Below the pieces are notes generated by a model that was given only the letters and a program-made list of their open reading frames with translations, was not told where the DNA came from and did not search any database. A program made the position numbers and the translations under genes. From Glaucostegus cemiculus (lineage: Eukaryota): a DNA stretch of 64,000 bases. Of the stretch, positions 39,133 to 52,777 are shown piece by piece (within the stretch, counting starts at the first letter, position 1; each line of letters begins with the position of its first letter). The stretch spans positions 3,100,001 to 3,164,000 of the forward strand of contig CDPCPM010000151.1 of assembly GCA_976551045.1 (NCBI GenBank), given 5' to 3'.

Positions 39133-39382
39133 AACTCCTGCTTCTATTGTGTTCTTGTGCTTCTATTGTGTTCTTGTGCGAGTTTAACAAGTCTTCGTCA
39201 AACTGAAACACATGCTTTCATTTTCTGCTCTATTTGCATTTATCTTTGCCCTAACAACTAACACCAATCTCAGTAATTGTTTACTGGAGAGGACAAAGAT
39301 GCTCAACAACACCTTCTGTCAATTCAGATAACAGATAACATGTTAGAAGGCCAATTCCATGTGGTTTTCTGAAATACATTTC

Positions 39383-39740
39383 AGCCTTACCTCGGTGTTA
39401 ACACTTTTATCTCTAAGACGTTGGGTCAAGAGTTTAAATTCAGAGATCAGAGTCTTCAAGAGGTAGGTCTTTTGAATGAGATTTTAAATCAGTATCACCA
39501 CCCTTTCAGATCCCATGGCTATACTTAAAAGTAGAACAAAGGAGTTGTCCCTCCTGCCTTTGACAATGTTACCCCTCAATCAACATCACTAAACCTATTT
39601 TCTGTGAACTTGCTTCATGTAAATAGGCTTCCAGTTTTCTGTATGGTATTCCTTGTCAAGATCTAATTTTGTGGCCATGAAACCATTTCTTATATTCAGG
39701 TCCATAAAAGTTTCCATTTAAATGTAGGCTCTATCCTTTT
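39383..39740 (+). mobile_element. Old Deu-domain SINE
   Basis: gtcttttgaatgagattttaaatc..agatcccatggc..ggagttgtccc..cctcaatcaacatcactaaa matches the recalled Deu domain. Confidence 0.6.
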
Positions 39741-40339
39741 TTTAAAATGATTCACAGGTATATATTAAGCTGTACTGGATAAGCAAAAAAAAGAACACTT
39801 CCCAAGGGCTTAATAAACCTTTTCAGAAGGCTGCCGTGTTGTAGTTTCTTCAAATTGCATGCTGCATTTATATTTAATCCTTCTGACACAGCCTGATCCT
39901 GACATGTATCCCTGAGCTTGAGATTTTGCACAGGGATCAACAAAAGTTTTTGAAACACAGTGAGCCTAGTAAGAACAATTGACCACCAAAAATTCACCAC
40001 TTAAATCTCTTTTCTCATCTTTCAAGCAATTATTTCTGATCCACGGAACAATGATCTGAAAAGAACAAGGACATAAACAGGAGCTGACTTGAAACTTAAT
40101 CACTCCAACTTCCAATGTAGTCTGTACAGTAAGCAATTGAATTTATATTGTAATGGAGACATTTTTATCATACCAGATTCAAGACAAAAATGTGTTATTG
40201 CACTAAAGTAATGGTAGACTGAAGCTGTTACTTTGTTCCTGAATTATTGTGATTTTCTCCACCATGGCATGTTATCATGAAAATCTTTCGAACTAATGGG
40301 AAACTGTTCAACCCATGGCCATTACTGTCAAGGTCACTT

Positions 40340-41420
40340 CAGCCTAAATATGCAGATGACGCATATCTTTGCAGAGGGCAAGCTCCAAGCTGTTGTTGAC
40401 TCATTCATTGACAAATACACGAAGGTCTTCGACTAACCTATCCCCACTGTATAACACCATCCACTCGCAATAAAGGTTCAGAGAAAGAATCTGCAAAATG
40501 TGGACCACTTCTCATACTTTGGGAGCCACCTATTGGCAAAGACAGACATCGATAATAAACCTAACCATTGATATCAGTGTGCTAGCCCAGCCTTTAGTCG
40601 GTTAAGGAAAAGAAATGTTTGAAGAACAAAACCTCAGGTCTGTACACAACTTACGATTTACCAGGAAATAATGATTCCTGACCTCCTACATGCTTCAGAG
40701 ACCTAGAATGGTTACAGCAGGCACCTGAAGACACTGGAAAGATACCAACAATGTTGTTTCTGCAAAATCATTCAAATTCACTCGAAGGATGAGCGAACTA
40801 ATGTCAGTGTCCTCCCCTGCGCTGACATTGAAGGTCTAGTTCCACCCAGTTAAAACAAGTAATTTACATGCAGCAAATAATTTGCTGGAGGAACTCAGCA
40901 GGTCAATAAGCATCTGTTGGGGCCAAGGAATTGTCAATGTCTCAGGTCCAAACCCTGCATCCCCAATTCGTCCCCAGCCCCCAGCCCCAACCCCACACAC
41001 ACAGATACTGGTCAACCCACTGAATTCCCCCAGCAGATTGTTTGTTGTTCCAGATTTCAGTATCTGCAGTCTCCAAGTCACTTACATGCTCAATACCAAG
41101 TGCTTGAAACAGACCGTCTATTTTGAGCTGTCAAGGAAAAAGATTACCAGCTTGACAGATGAAAAGATTTAAGGTTATATCCAAAGCTTCCATAAAAAAT
41201 GACCACAAAAATCCCTGGTCCACCACTGCTCAAAGTGGAGAATAAGAATTCAGGGTGGTATTGGGAACTTCAAAGTCATGCACCAGGAGCACATAGAAGT
41301 CCTATATGTGGCAAAAGGAGCAGGCCATCTCACAAACTGCCCACCCATCCATCCTGCTGGCCACCTCTTCCCCATCTGTAGGAAAGTTCCCACATTAACC
41401 TCATCAGCCACTTCACATCC
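40340..41420 (+). mobile_element. RTE-clade LINE remnant
   Basis: KYADD (tatgcagatgac ~40349) and homology to 20200-20900; split by a foldback repeat at 40869-41073. Confidence 0.8.
40869..41073. mobile_element. Foldback (inverted) hammerhead-family repeat (copy F)
   Basis: Two inverted arms (35/48 identity by hand) around a degenerate core GATGC-AGGGTTTGGACCT-GAGA-CA-TT-GACAA on the minus strand. Confidence 0.68.
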
Positions 41421-41422
41421 CA

Positions 41423-41617
41423 TAACATAAAATATAAGATATATTTATTAGTTACATGTATATTGAAACACACAGTGAAAGGTATCTCTTGCATAGAGTG
41501 TTCTGGGGGCAGCCCGTAAGTGTCGCCATGCTTCCAGTACCAACATTGTATGCCCACAACTTCCTAACCCATACATCTTTGGAACTTGGGAGGAAACTGG
41601 AGCACCTGGAGGAAACC
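41423..41617 (-). mobile_element. 5'-truncated V-SINE with Rex1-like tail
   Basis: Reverse complement of 34395-34587-type sequence. Confidence 0.88.
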
Positions 41618-43555
41618 AGGTTCAGGACTCTCCAGTCCATGGCAACACCCTTCCTGTATCTAGTTGTCCCATTCTGTTGGAATTTTGTAGTTTCCTGAGA
41701 TGATGTTCAGGACCTGGGAGGATTGCCTTCCAGCAACCACAACTATCTCCCTTTCTGTGTGGTACATTTCCAATGATTGGAGTGTTTCACATAATGCCCA
41801 CTGACTTATGTTTTACCAGTGCTCCTGGACACCACAGAGGAAACAGCAGAGGAATGGAAGAGGCATGACATGGGAATGAAAGCCCTGCTGGTGGCAAACA
41901 TATAACTTGAGATGGTATATGATGTATGGATAAAATTAGGATCAGTCCCTATTCAATATACACTACACACTTTGTTTTGTGACATACTCTCAGGTAAATA
42001 CTCACAAAGCATCTTTAATTAGTAGGAGTAGTCTACTCTGCCCTTTGAACCTGCTCAAATTGAGTGTATCCTCAGCTTGGCATTCCCATCTACCTACGGT
42101 ACCCTTTGACCCATAGTTTACTGAGTATACATCCAAGTCTAAGTTAATGATATACAAAGACTCTGCTTCCACCTCTCTTTGATTGCCCCGGGCATTTCAC
42201 CATCTGACATTCTCCCCTGATTATCTCCTCAACCTCCTCTGTCCCCATTCTACCCTCAACTTGGAGCCACTCCCCAAAACTCATGAACCACTGGTCTCCC
42301 CACTCTGCTATCCGCTCCTCCCCATGATTCTTCCTCTCCTCACCCATTCCTCTTACCCACCCTCCTCAACTGTATCCAGTCCCTACCTCCAAACCAACCC
42401 CGATCTCTCTACTTCACCATGCTCCATGCTCAGTGGTAGGATCTCATGCATAAAATGTGTGAAGTTTAATGCACTAATCTTGTCTTATCACACACGGGGC
42501 TCTTTGTCTCATGAATGATGGAATATCAACGTCAGGTAGCTTCAGATAAACTAAGGGCTAGGCCCTCAGGAGCTTCACAACTTCCAGGGTCTTAGGTCAA
42601 GCCAAACCATTCAGGCCACTGATGTCTGACAAATAAGTACCAGGAAGCAGTCAGTATCCAAGAAAAAGGCAATGGATTTACTGTGAAATAACTGTACCAA
42701 ACATCCTTTGTTAAATCTTTACAGAAGTCTGAGTATCATTGGAGAGTCAAAGTTCCTTCACACTGGAGGCATAAAATAACTCACTCATAGGTGATAAACA
42801 AAACAATTACACAGTGATGCAGGCAGAACAATTGTGATCGTGAGCAGGAACAGTAATGGCCTTGGGATCTTTTTCCCCATTATTGTAAAAACCTGAGTAA
42901 ATCATAGAATGATTAATTTTCCACTTAGTTAAATTGCTTAGCACAAGGGATATGACATAGCTAGTCATGAGAAAAACACTGTATGTTTCTGTTTTGTAAT
43001 CTATTGTACTCCTGAGCTTTATTGCAGAATCAGTATTCCTTCCACTCGCTCTAAAGACTGAATTATATAAAGCATCATATTTAAAACCATAAACCACCTC
43101 CTTTTAATTTGTGACATTCCATAAACTGTTCTAAGTTTGAGAAGCTGAATAATTCAGTGTGGTTTGAAAGTTTAAAGGGGCAAGTAGAAATCTTTAAAGT
43201 AGATTTGTTTGCCTTCTCATTGATCTGTAGGAGTTTGATCCTTAGGCAAGGTCTTTGGTGGAGATTTTAAACCTACCTGATGTCATAGGAGTCAATTGCA
43301 ATTTTAATTTGCTGCTTTGAATTGGAAGCCACATTGACTTTCCTACCAGATCCATACAACAGGGCAGAGGTAAGCTTTTCTTTTTTAACTTTCCTTATCA
43401 GCCCAGGGGAGCAGTCAGTACAAGTACAGGGAGAAGTTATCAGGAGCGTCCACAATGACTCACAAGAATAACAAGATTTATCTTTCTCTGTTGGAGCTGG
43501 CAATAAAATTAATCAAAGTGGGCACAGGCAACTTAAAGTGCCTCTCATACAGATC

Positions 43556-43872
43556 AATAGCTCTCGCAACTTCCATTTAATATGGCTAACACGAGAGAAC
43601 ATAATTTTAAGGTGATTGAAGGAAGATATAAGGGGGATGTCAGGGTAAGTTTTTTTACAGAGAGAGTGGTGGGTACGTGGAATGCACTGCTAGCAGCGGT
43701 TGTGGGGGCAGATACATTAGAGACATTTAAGAGACTCTTAGACACATGAATGATAGTGAAATGGGGTGGGGAGACCATGTGGGAGGGAAGGGTTAGATGG
43801 ATCTTAGAGCAGGATAAAATGTCGGCACAACATTGTGGGCTGAAGGGCCTGTACTATGCTGTCATGTTCTAT
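43556..43872 (+). mobile_element. CR1 3' fragment
   Basis: FKVIEGRY..FFTERVVGTWNAL plus tail gggctgaagggcctgtactatgctgt. Confidence 0.88.
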
Positions 43873-44370
43873 GTTTACACAACAAAACAGGACTTTCACA
43901 GAAGTGTTGGCAAACAAAAATTGAGGCCAAGCCACATGAGGAGATAGCAGAACAGCAGACCAGCAGTTTGGTCAAAGACCTAGGATAAAAGGAGAAAACA
44001 CAGGTAGAAAGGTTTAGGAAGAGAATTCTTAAGCTGAGGATGTTGGCAGCAGAATGCACTGACAGAAGTGGATAGAATCTGAGGATGTTCAGGAGGCCAA
44101 CCTAGAGATCTTTTGGAGAGCTATTGAGCTGCAGGGAATTACAAAGACACAGAGTTGGGTGAGACCGTGGACGGATTTGTAAATAACTCTCATGAAGCTC
44201 AACACCATTCAGATTAAAGTAGCCCACTTAATTAGCACCCCATCTACCACACTAAGTTCATTTCCCTCCACCACCAACACACAGTGGCTGCAGTGTGTAC
44301 CATCTACAAAATCCAATGCAGTTATTAATTCAACAACACCGCCCCAAACTCAACAGCCTCTACCATTAAG

Positions 44371-44683
44371 GATAAGATAAGATAAGATAAGATAAGATAA
44401 GATAAGATAAGATAAGATAAGATTGAAACACACAGTGAAATGCATCCTTTGCGTAGAGTGTTCTGGGGGCAGCCCACAAGTGTTGCCACACTTCCAGCGC
44501 CAACATAGCATGCCCACAACTTCCTAATCCGTATGTCTTTGGAATGTGGGAGGAAACCAGAGCCTCCCGAGGAAACCCACGCAGTCAAGGGGAGAAAGTA
44601 CAAACTCCTTACAGAAGGTAGCTGGAATTGAACCCAGGTCACTGGTGCTGTAAAGCATTACACTAACCGCTACACTACCGTGG
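44371..44683 (-). mobile_element. V-SINE with tail expanded to (GATAA)10
   Basis: Full head and V domain; 44371-44420 is ten GATAA units. Confidence 0.92.
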
Positions 44684-47565
44684 CTACTGTGACAAGGGCA
44701 GTAGGTGCACTGGCGGCCATTACATGGGCCACTGTCCTGATGAGGGCAACTAGGATCAGTGTAGATGGGCAAAAAGGTCAACATAGATGTAAGGGGCCAA
44801 CAGACCTATTTCTGTGCTGTACGACTCTATGTCTCCATAATACCTTCGGGTTTGCATCGTCCTGACTTGGAAATATTTTGTTCACTGGGCCAAAATCCTG
44901 GAAGTCATATCCAACAGAACTGTGGGAGCACCTTCACCAGAAGGATGACAACAGCTCATTAAGGCACCTAACCAGCACCTTCTCAAAGGCAGTTGGTGAT
45001 GGGCAATAAATGCGGGATTTAGCAGCAATGCCAAGATCCTAAAAAGTGACTAGGAGAACATTTAGTCTGTACTGTCCTTCCTTATACCTTTTGCCAAAAT
45101 TTGTCTACCAGTTCACACTTCCATCTATGAAATTTCCTCTGCCATTTGTCTGTCCCTTCTTCTTGCAATCTATTGCTCCTTTCCATTTACCAATTTCCCA
45201 AGCTTTGTGTCATCTGAATATCTCGAAATTTTTCTATGCATATCCTTGCATTTATGTCTTGGTCATTAATGTGTAACATAAAAAGCAGTGGTCCCAGCAC
45301 TGGAAACACAGCTGCCCACCACCCTCCAGTCCTTTGGTCTTTAACCGTGCTGCTCAGGATGCTTTACTTCCATGGGCCTCAATCTTGCTTCCAGCCTTCT
45401 GTGTGGGATTTCACCCAAGACCTTTATTGGACGACATCTACTGCATTCCTTCACTTTTTCCTCTTACTTCATCAAAGGATTCACTCAGGTTAGTCAAACA
45501 TGATTTGTCTTTAGCAAATCTGTTCTGGTTTCCTTTGTCATTTCAAATCTCTCTAAGTTCCTCCAGTTTTCAATGACTGTTTTGGGAACAACAGTATGAA
45601 TGGAATTTACATAGAGGGTGAAACTCATTTCAGATGCTTCATTGTGAGGGGCACAGCCATTCTGGAACAGGGTAGTTATTAAGCTGCTTGGAGCAATGCA
45701 GGTGCCCTCTGTTGAATGTCAAAGCTGGCTCAGGTTAATGCTTCTCTCTGCGTAAGCCAACCATTTTTTAAGACTTAAGTTTCTATGTTCCTTTGCCCTT
45801 CAGTGACTTTCCTAACTTTCATGGTGGAAATTAGGGGTAACTTAACCTGAACAGGGGCCAGTGGGAAGTAAAAGTATTTCAAAAAAAATTCTCAAACCCC
45901 TCCCCAAGTTTAAGCACAGGGCCTTACCATTGCAAACTTCTCACACATGGTGGGCTGATGTAAAACTTCTTGAAGAGGCTGCCTCTGTACTTCTTTCCAA
46001 CAGTATATATTCTTACCTAGGTTTCTTACGGATGGGAGGGTAAAAGAAGGTCTGATCTATGAGGTAAGTGACTTTGCAACATGGCCATTGGACAGGAGAA
46101 GCAAGAATTACCTAGGTCTAGCAGGGAGGTCTAGCAAGCTAATTTGGTAGTTGTCCCATGATCAGTTGACACTTGTGGACACTGCCCTCCATTTGTGAGT
46201 TCCCCACCTCACATTATTTCAAACAGCTCCTTCACTTTACTCACTGCATGATCTGCAACACCCACACCCCTCAGCCCCTTACACTCTCTGATACCCTCAC
46301 TCACTTCATTTCCTGGCAGTAGTCACTCTCTCACACTCTCCGATTCCCCCATGCTCTGTGGCCTCTGACAGACCACTGCTGCCACTCGTGTTTTCTGACC
46401 AGCCCACATCTTACAGTCATTCTCTAAACTAGTATCTGCTCCCCACCAGATTTCCACTCAATGACACACCAACCTAAATGCAACTAACCTGCTGGATGCA
46501 TTTTGAAGACATACTCCTTTTAATTTCAGCAGATTTTTGAGAAACCTGTACTGCATTTACTGCTGGAAATCCTTCTCCCTCACTCTTTTTGCGGCCCTGC
46601 GTAAATCTTGGGGCCTGTTTCTTTGCACCAACATGGAATCAGATTTATAATTTAAAATTATAGCTCTTAAAATTATAAGTCTTCTTCCACTCTCTGCCAA
46701 TTTGTAGATGATAACATTTCAATTATGTGAATTGGACCACCAAAACAACTTTGATTCGATTGGTTTCTGAAGGACAGGGATGGCTTTATTCTCATAGGAA
46801 ATGATGCAAGATTTCTTACTGCTGTACCCTTACTGCAAGGTGAAGCAACTGTTGAGAAATTACAAAAAAAATAAAGATTGGTTAGAAAATCAAGGCCTTG
46901 GAGTAAGAACCCAATGTACTTATGATCAATTCACAGCAGGCAACAGGAGCTCCACAGCAAAAGTTTCTGACTATTGTCTCAAGTTCTCCATAGGTCTTGG
47001 TGAAGGAAGACGATTTCCTCTTGGGCATTAGCATTTTGAAAGCTGTAAGATGGAGATGGAAGTTTTCCTGTTATCATGACAACCACTGCCCAATGAACAC
47101 TTTGATAAACATATAAGAAAGCCATGAGTTGTACATTGGGACTTGCCAGATAAATGTGAGAATCTCGGCATCAGATTATCTCAAGCTGTAATGGAATAGA
47201 CTCCCCACAAGCACACTGACCTCAGGCTCAAATGAAGCCCCCAGAAAGAGCAGGTGTAAATTTATAGAAGGAAGTAGAGCTTGCTGGATCTGGCGGAAGT
47301 TTATGTGATAGACTGATTAATGTAACCTACACATTACCTGTAAGTACTGTTCACAGACACATTAATAAATCTGTTTGCTTTTTTGAAATAAGCAACCACT
47401 AACTCTACATTCTAACCTTGGTAATCTAAGACTGTACCAAATAACATTACAGGAATTATATATTACTGCTGCAAAGTACCTCATGTATTTACACATAAGG
47501 TATTCTGCAGCACAAAGATCTTTGCTTTGAAATATTTGATTTTTGCGATATTATTTGTTCAAGTC

Positions 47566-47709
47566 NNNNNNNNNNNNNNNNNNNNNNNNNNNNNNNNNNN
47601 NNNNNNNNNNNNNNNNNNNNNNNNNNNNNNNNNNNNNNNNNNNNNNNNNNNNNNNNNNNNNNNNNNNNNNNNNNNNNNNNNNNNNNNNNNNNNNNNNNNN
47701 NNNNNNNNN
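47566..47709. other. Assembly gap (144 N)
   Basis: Run of N. Confidence 1.
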
Positions 47710-49009
47710 TTGACATGTGGATCAAAGCAGAATAAAATGCACATCCAGTGCAGTCAGCATTAGGAGAAAACATTAGGTATATTGCTCTAACACTTGGTTA
47801 AAATTCCATCCTATTGATACATAAACCAAAGGGAAAGAAGTAAGCTTTCATCAACAGTTGGAAGAGAGCTGATTGTTTCACTGCTTTAGACTATTATTTC
47901 CATGGAGCCTCTTCTCATTCAAACCACATGGACAGGACTTGAGTCTAATTGTCTGACATGAAATGAGTTTGGACAATTTCAGTCAGCTGTCAAAGAAAGC
48001 AACTCCACTCCATAAAATCTTCATAATTTAGCACTAATTAGACAATTATGCTTAAAAAGCCTTTTCATTGTTATATTGGGAAATGGAGTTGTTCCTTAGG
48101 TGCAGGAGCCATTGCATCTCCGAGGCTGTGATTGAGTTACAGTGAGGTAATATCTTTTTTAACCTGCCCTTAGCTCATTCTAATACTGCCTAGCAGGAAT
48201 ACTCATTTCCAACACAGAGTGAGAGGTGGGATCATTTCTGTATCCTGGTGCTCCCAATGCTGTCAACACTTGACTCGATGAGTGTAACAAATAAAGAGAC
48301 GCAGCTAATAAAGAGAAACAAGAAGACCTTCCTATTGTCAAGATAACAATTTCTGTGCCCTGTACTGGAGTGAACTGCTTACAACAATCAGTCAAAACCT
48401 TTTGCTCCATGGAAGTCATTTGACGGAGCAGAGTAAGGTATGTGAAGGAGCCTTATTAAGATGAATAAATCAGATGCAAGTATAGTTTCCAAACAATGAA
48501 TGAGCTGAGTTGTTTGGCATTTTACTAGGTAACAAAGAAGTGGTCAATTCAGTCATGTTTATAATTGAAAATAAACACAGTTTGCATAGTTGCAGACTGA
48601 CAGCTGAAGGAGCAAAGTTATACTCATGATTTTAATTGAGTGCTTCGCTCTGAGAGCACATGGTGATTTCTGCTTCATTACCACGCTTTGTCCATTTTCC
48701 AGAGTAAACCAGGCTGCCTAAATCCCACCTGATACAATTCCAGTAGGATGCCAATTCAGCTGCTCAGTATCCATGTCAAAAAGGACAGGAACCTCACTAA
48801 CCTGAGAAAATTAAGCTCCAGTGACATACATGGCAGCTGATTTAGTTTAATGATTTAGCCAGCAGTGGAGGTGCTGTACAAGCACCAGATTTTGAAACTG
48901 AATATCTTCCTATAGTCTGCTCCAAGGTTGCTTCAAATAGGTTCTTTCAGCAGTGTCTGTAATGTCAGCATGAAATCTATTCTAACTACCACCACACCTC
49001 CTGTTCATA

Positions 49010-49318
49010 GGGCAGGCATGGTAGTGTAGCAGTTAGCATAACGCTATTACAGCACCAGCGACCCAGGTTCAATTCCAGCCACTGTCTGTAAGGAGTTTAT
49101 ACATTCTCCCCATGTCTGCATGGGTTTTCTCCAAGTGCTCTGGTTTCCTCCCACATTCCAAAGAAGTATGGGTTAAGAAGTTGTGGGCATGCTACGTTGG
49201 CGCCAGAAGCGTGGTGACACTTGCAGGCTGCCCCCCAGAAGACTCTACGAAAAAGATGCATTTCACTGTGTGTTTCCATGTACATGTGACTAATAAAGAT
49301 ATCTTATCTTATTTTATC
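49010..49318 (+). mobile_element. Full-length V-SINE with Rex1-like tail
   Basis: B-box-like ggttcaattcc, V domain, tail gatatcttatctt. Confidence 0.93.
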
Positions 49319-49399
49319 CACCTTGTTCCTTCCCGGCAAGTCCACAACTACTCCTTGAGAGAAAAGGTCCCAATGAAAAGAAATGTTAAAAATAAATAA

Positions 49400-50700
49400 C
49401 AACAATAACATAGACTTATGTAGTACTCTTAAGGCAGGAAAGTCATGTAAGGCACTTCCTAGGAAACACAAACAATTAAAATTTGATACTGAACCACCGA
49501 AGATGATATCAACATAGATAATGCGAAGCTTGATTAAAGAAGTAAGTTGTAAGAAGCATCATAAAAGAGAGTTAGAGAGGTTTAGAGGGGAAAGTCCAGA
49601 ACCTGAGCTGTGGGTGGCTAAAGAGACAGCTACCAATAGCTGTAATTGAAGAGGTGCAAGCGGGTGGAACTGAAGGTGAGCAGAAACCTCAGGGGGTTGT
49701 AGAATTGGAGGAGAGTATAAAGACAGAGACGGGGGGGGGGGGGGGGGCATCTGAAAACAAGAATGTTACTTTTAAAATTGAATTAGTGATTGTGCACAGA
49801 AATACATGTGAAGGGTTTGGTGCAAATTAGGAAATGTGGTAGGTGGTGCAGAATGTCCTCCAGTTAATAAATGTTGGTGGATGGTGGAAAATGTTGGCTG
49901 GCAAGAACAGCATTGGAATAGTCGAGTCTGTAGGTAATGAAGGCATGAATGAGATTCTCTTCAGAGAAACGGAGCTGACGACATCATATTGTTCTATTTC
50001 TATCGAAAATTTTTGCCCAGTTTTTTTTTTCTTGTTTTATTTTTTTTTTCTTTTTTTTAATTCATTTTTGGTTTAATTTACTCTATGTTATTATGATTTT
50101 TTTTATTGATTTGGGTTTTTTTTTCTAATTATATAACAAATCTTTTTCTTTTCTATCTTTTACATTACACTTATGAACCGAGAGATTGTTGGAACTTTCT
50201 TTTATATATAATCATACTTTATTGCTTCTTTTTATGATTACCTACGATTGTTACTTGATATTTCTATAATACATGTGTAAACATTGTTGTTATATATCTT
50301 AAACTGTATTGATTTGTTATCAATAAAAAAGATTGAAAATGAAAGAAAAAGAAAGAGGTTCTCAGCAGTAGATGAGGTGAAGCAGGGGTGGAATCTGATC
50401 AGATTAAGACTCAGTGGTCCTACTACTTTGGTGTCAGCTGGTGTTACAGAATTTGGTAGTCTTGGTGGTGAACCTGAATCTTGGTTGGAATCTTATCTCA
50501 GATCAAGCATGGTAGCAAACTTCCAAACAATCTGATTCGGTCTCCCAGTTGCCAACGAGGGAGATGGAGGTAGTGACTGGGAAATAAAGTTTGTGGACAG
50601 GACCATAGATAATACCTTTGGCCTTGTTAACTTTAATCTGGCAAAAAATTTGTGAGATGGGGTAAATTAGGATTCCTTATCACCAGCATACTGGAACCTG
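49400..50700 (-). mobile_element. Old L2-like LINE remnant
   Basis: Purine-rich plus strand similar to 43880-44190; flanks rejoin across the 49953-50353 insert (gcatgaatgag..ttctcagcagtagatgag). Confidence 0.5.
49953..50353 (+). mobile_element. L1-like 3' UTR insertion
   Basis: T-rich UTR ending atcaataaaaaagattgaaaatgaaagaaaaagaaag. Confidence 0.55.
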
Positions 50701-50705
50701 ACATT

Positions 50706-51050
50706 GTGTACAGTAGTGCAGCTAGTGGATCTTTTGCCTCACAGTGTCAAAGACATGGGTTCAACCCTGACCTATGGGACTGTCTGTATGGAGTTTGCAT
50801 GTACTCCCCATAGCCACATTGGGTTCCTCCATTTGATCCAGTTTCCTCCACATTCCAAAGACATGCGATTGCCCACTTTAAATTGCTCCCTAGTATGTTG
50901 ATGAGGGGTAGAATCTGCAGGGAGTTAGTGAGAATGTGGGGGGAATAAAAAAATGTGATTAATATAGAATTAGTACAAATAGGTGGTTGATGGTCAGCAT
51001 GGACTTAGGGGGCCAAAGGGCCTGTTTCGGTGCTGCATGTCTCCATGACA
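50706..51050 (+). mobile_element. Older HE1-like V-SINE with long CR1 tail
   Basis: gggttcaaccc B-box, V domain and tail gggccaaagggcctgtttcggtgctg. Confidence 0.82.
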
Positions 51051-52565
51051 ATAATGTTGTTGAGAGGCACTTTGTAGTTGAGAAAAAGAAAAGGGCCAAG
51101 GATAGATGCAACAACATCCCAAGTGAGAAGAAAAGCCTTTGCTGGTGACTTTCAGGCTATAATTGCAATATGACAAAGTGTTCAGGTTAATGCAATCCCA
51201 ACCAAATCCTCAACAGAGGAGTGTTGCTCATAGAGATGTTGTGCTCAATCACACCAAAGGCTGTAGACCAGTTACAAGGGATCTTTTTTTTAAAAGGAAG
51301 ATGCAGGAAATATCAAAAAAAGAGCTTCAACAGCTTTTAGCGGAATAGCATCCTACATTATGAGTAAGAATATATTAGATTTCCTACTTTAGCCTCAGTG
51401 TAATTAAAGTACTCTGAATACATCTTAACAAAGATGTCACAATCATACCATTCAGCTGCTGTTTTCTCTATGCTGTTAGATTTGAAATGAATCATTTAAG
51501 AAGACACACGCATGAAATCCTTCATGAAGACTGACTATATTTTTTATATATCTTTGACACTTGGGAGACATATATGTATAGATGTACCCCCACTCTTTTA
51601 TTTGAACATGGAAAGTTTCAGTGGTTTATTATTCAACATTAGTCTTTGAAACCAATGACAAAATCATTCAATCATTAAGCAACGCTAACCAGTGAGGCTA
51701 AACTATTATGACAACCACCACTGTTGTTGCTTCTGTCTATTAGAAGTACGAGTAGTTTCTTTACACAATTTTTCAGCCTTCAACCTGATTGCATAAGTGT
51801 GGATTCATATTTCTCAACTAGAGTGCATTCAATTTGCTCTATTTACTGCTGCGTGGCAAAATGACAATGCATGAACTCTTGCACCTCATTTCACTGTGAA
51901 ATGTGACTTGTTTCACCTTTTGAAGTTTTCCTTTAAAGATGTTCTGCTATACCATCACTTTGAAGGATTGAGGCCACCAGTGGCTATTCCCCAAGCGCTT
52001 GCCATGACAACAACTAAACTGAAGGGTTAGGAGCATTTTCAAATTTCTACCAAGATGAAAATAACTTCTAAGAAATATTTCCTTGATGGGGCAAGGTTTT
52101 GAATCACGTGAAATAAAAATAAACTTGAAAAGAGAAGTGAATCTTATTCAAATCAGTTTAAGGAGCAGCAAAATTTAAATGTGTTCAGCAGAAACTCAAA
52201 AAATATTCAATTTTCAGACAGAACTATTGCCATGTTATGAAAAAAGCCACTTTTCAAGATGCCAATATAATTGGAACTATCTGGTCTAGTTATGACAAAA
52301 TGTCACTTTTCTACCGAACGGACTTTCTCAGCAAAAGACAAAATGATAGGAAATGAATCTCTACAGTAATTGGAGCAGCCTCACTTGCACAAATTACTGG
52401 TGGTATCACACTGCATGCTGCAAGATAAAACAGCAGCTTTTAAATGACCACAGTACCTAATTGGCTATTTTTTTTAAGAACAGAGTTAAGGAAATGTCAC
52501 CACAAGTGATTTCAATATGGAAAATCTTTTTCTTCAGTAAAGGAACCCAAGTATTTGATTTGATG

Positions 52566-52777
52566 GCAAAATGGCAGAGTTTCTCCCCCTAAAAAACAGT
52601 GGTGAACCAGAAGGTATTTTACAACAGTCCAGTTATCCCTTGTTCATCATTACTGGGACTAAATAAATTTAAGTTCCATGGCTACTGTGGTGGGATTCGA
52701 ACTCAGGTGAGGTCTCTGAATTGTTAGTCCAGCCTCTGAGTTTTTAGTCCAGTAATTTAGTGCTCTGCCACTGTCCT
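52566..52777 (-). mobile_element. tRNA-derived SINE (non-V family)
   Basis: Minus-strand B box gagttcgaatccc; related diverged copy at ~60175-60390 (+). Confidence 0.6.

Larger units (their letters stand above)
38030..39178 (+). mobile_element. CR1 3' fragment split by two Rex1 insertions
   Basis: CR1 pieces at 38030-38089, 38577-38980 and 39133-39178 (tail locally duplicated). Confidence 0.8.

Noticed and set aside
43231-43369. Exon-like segment (ctgtAG ... gag|GTaagc)
   Set aside because: Stops in all three frames; a non-coding exon cannot be excluded but is unsupported.
47489-47773. ORFs spanning the N run
   Set aside because: Artefacts of the assembly gap.
49731-49747. Poly-G run as a functional G-quadruplex
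   Set aside because: A simple homopolymer inside an old LINE, with possibly unreliable length.
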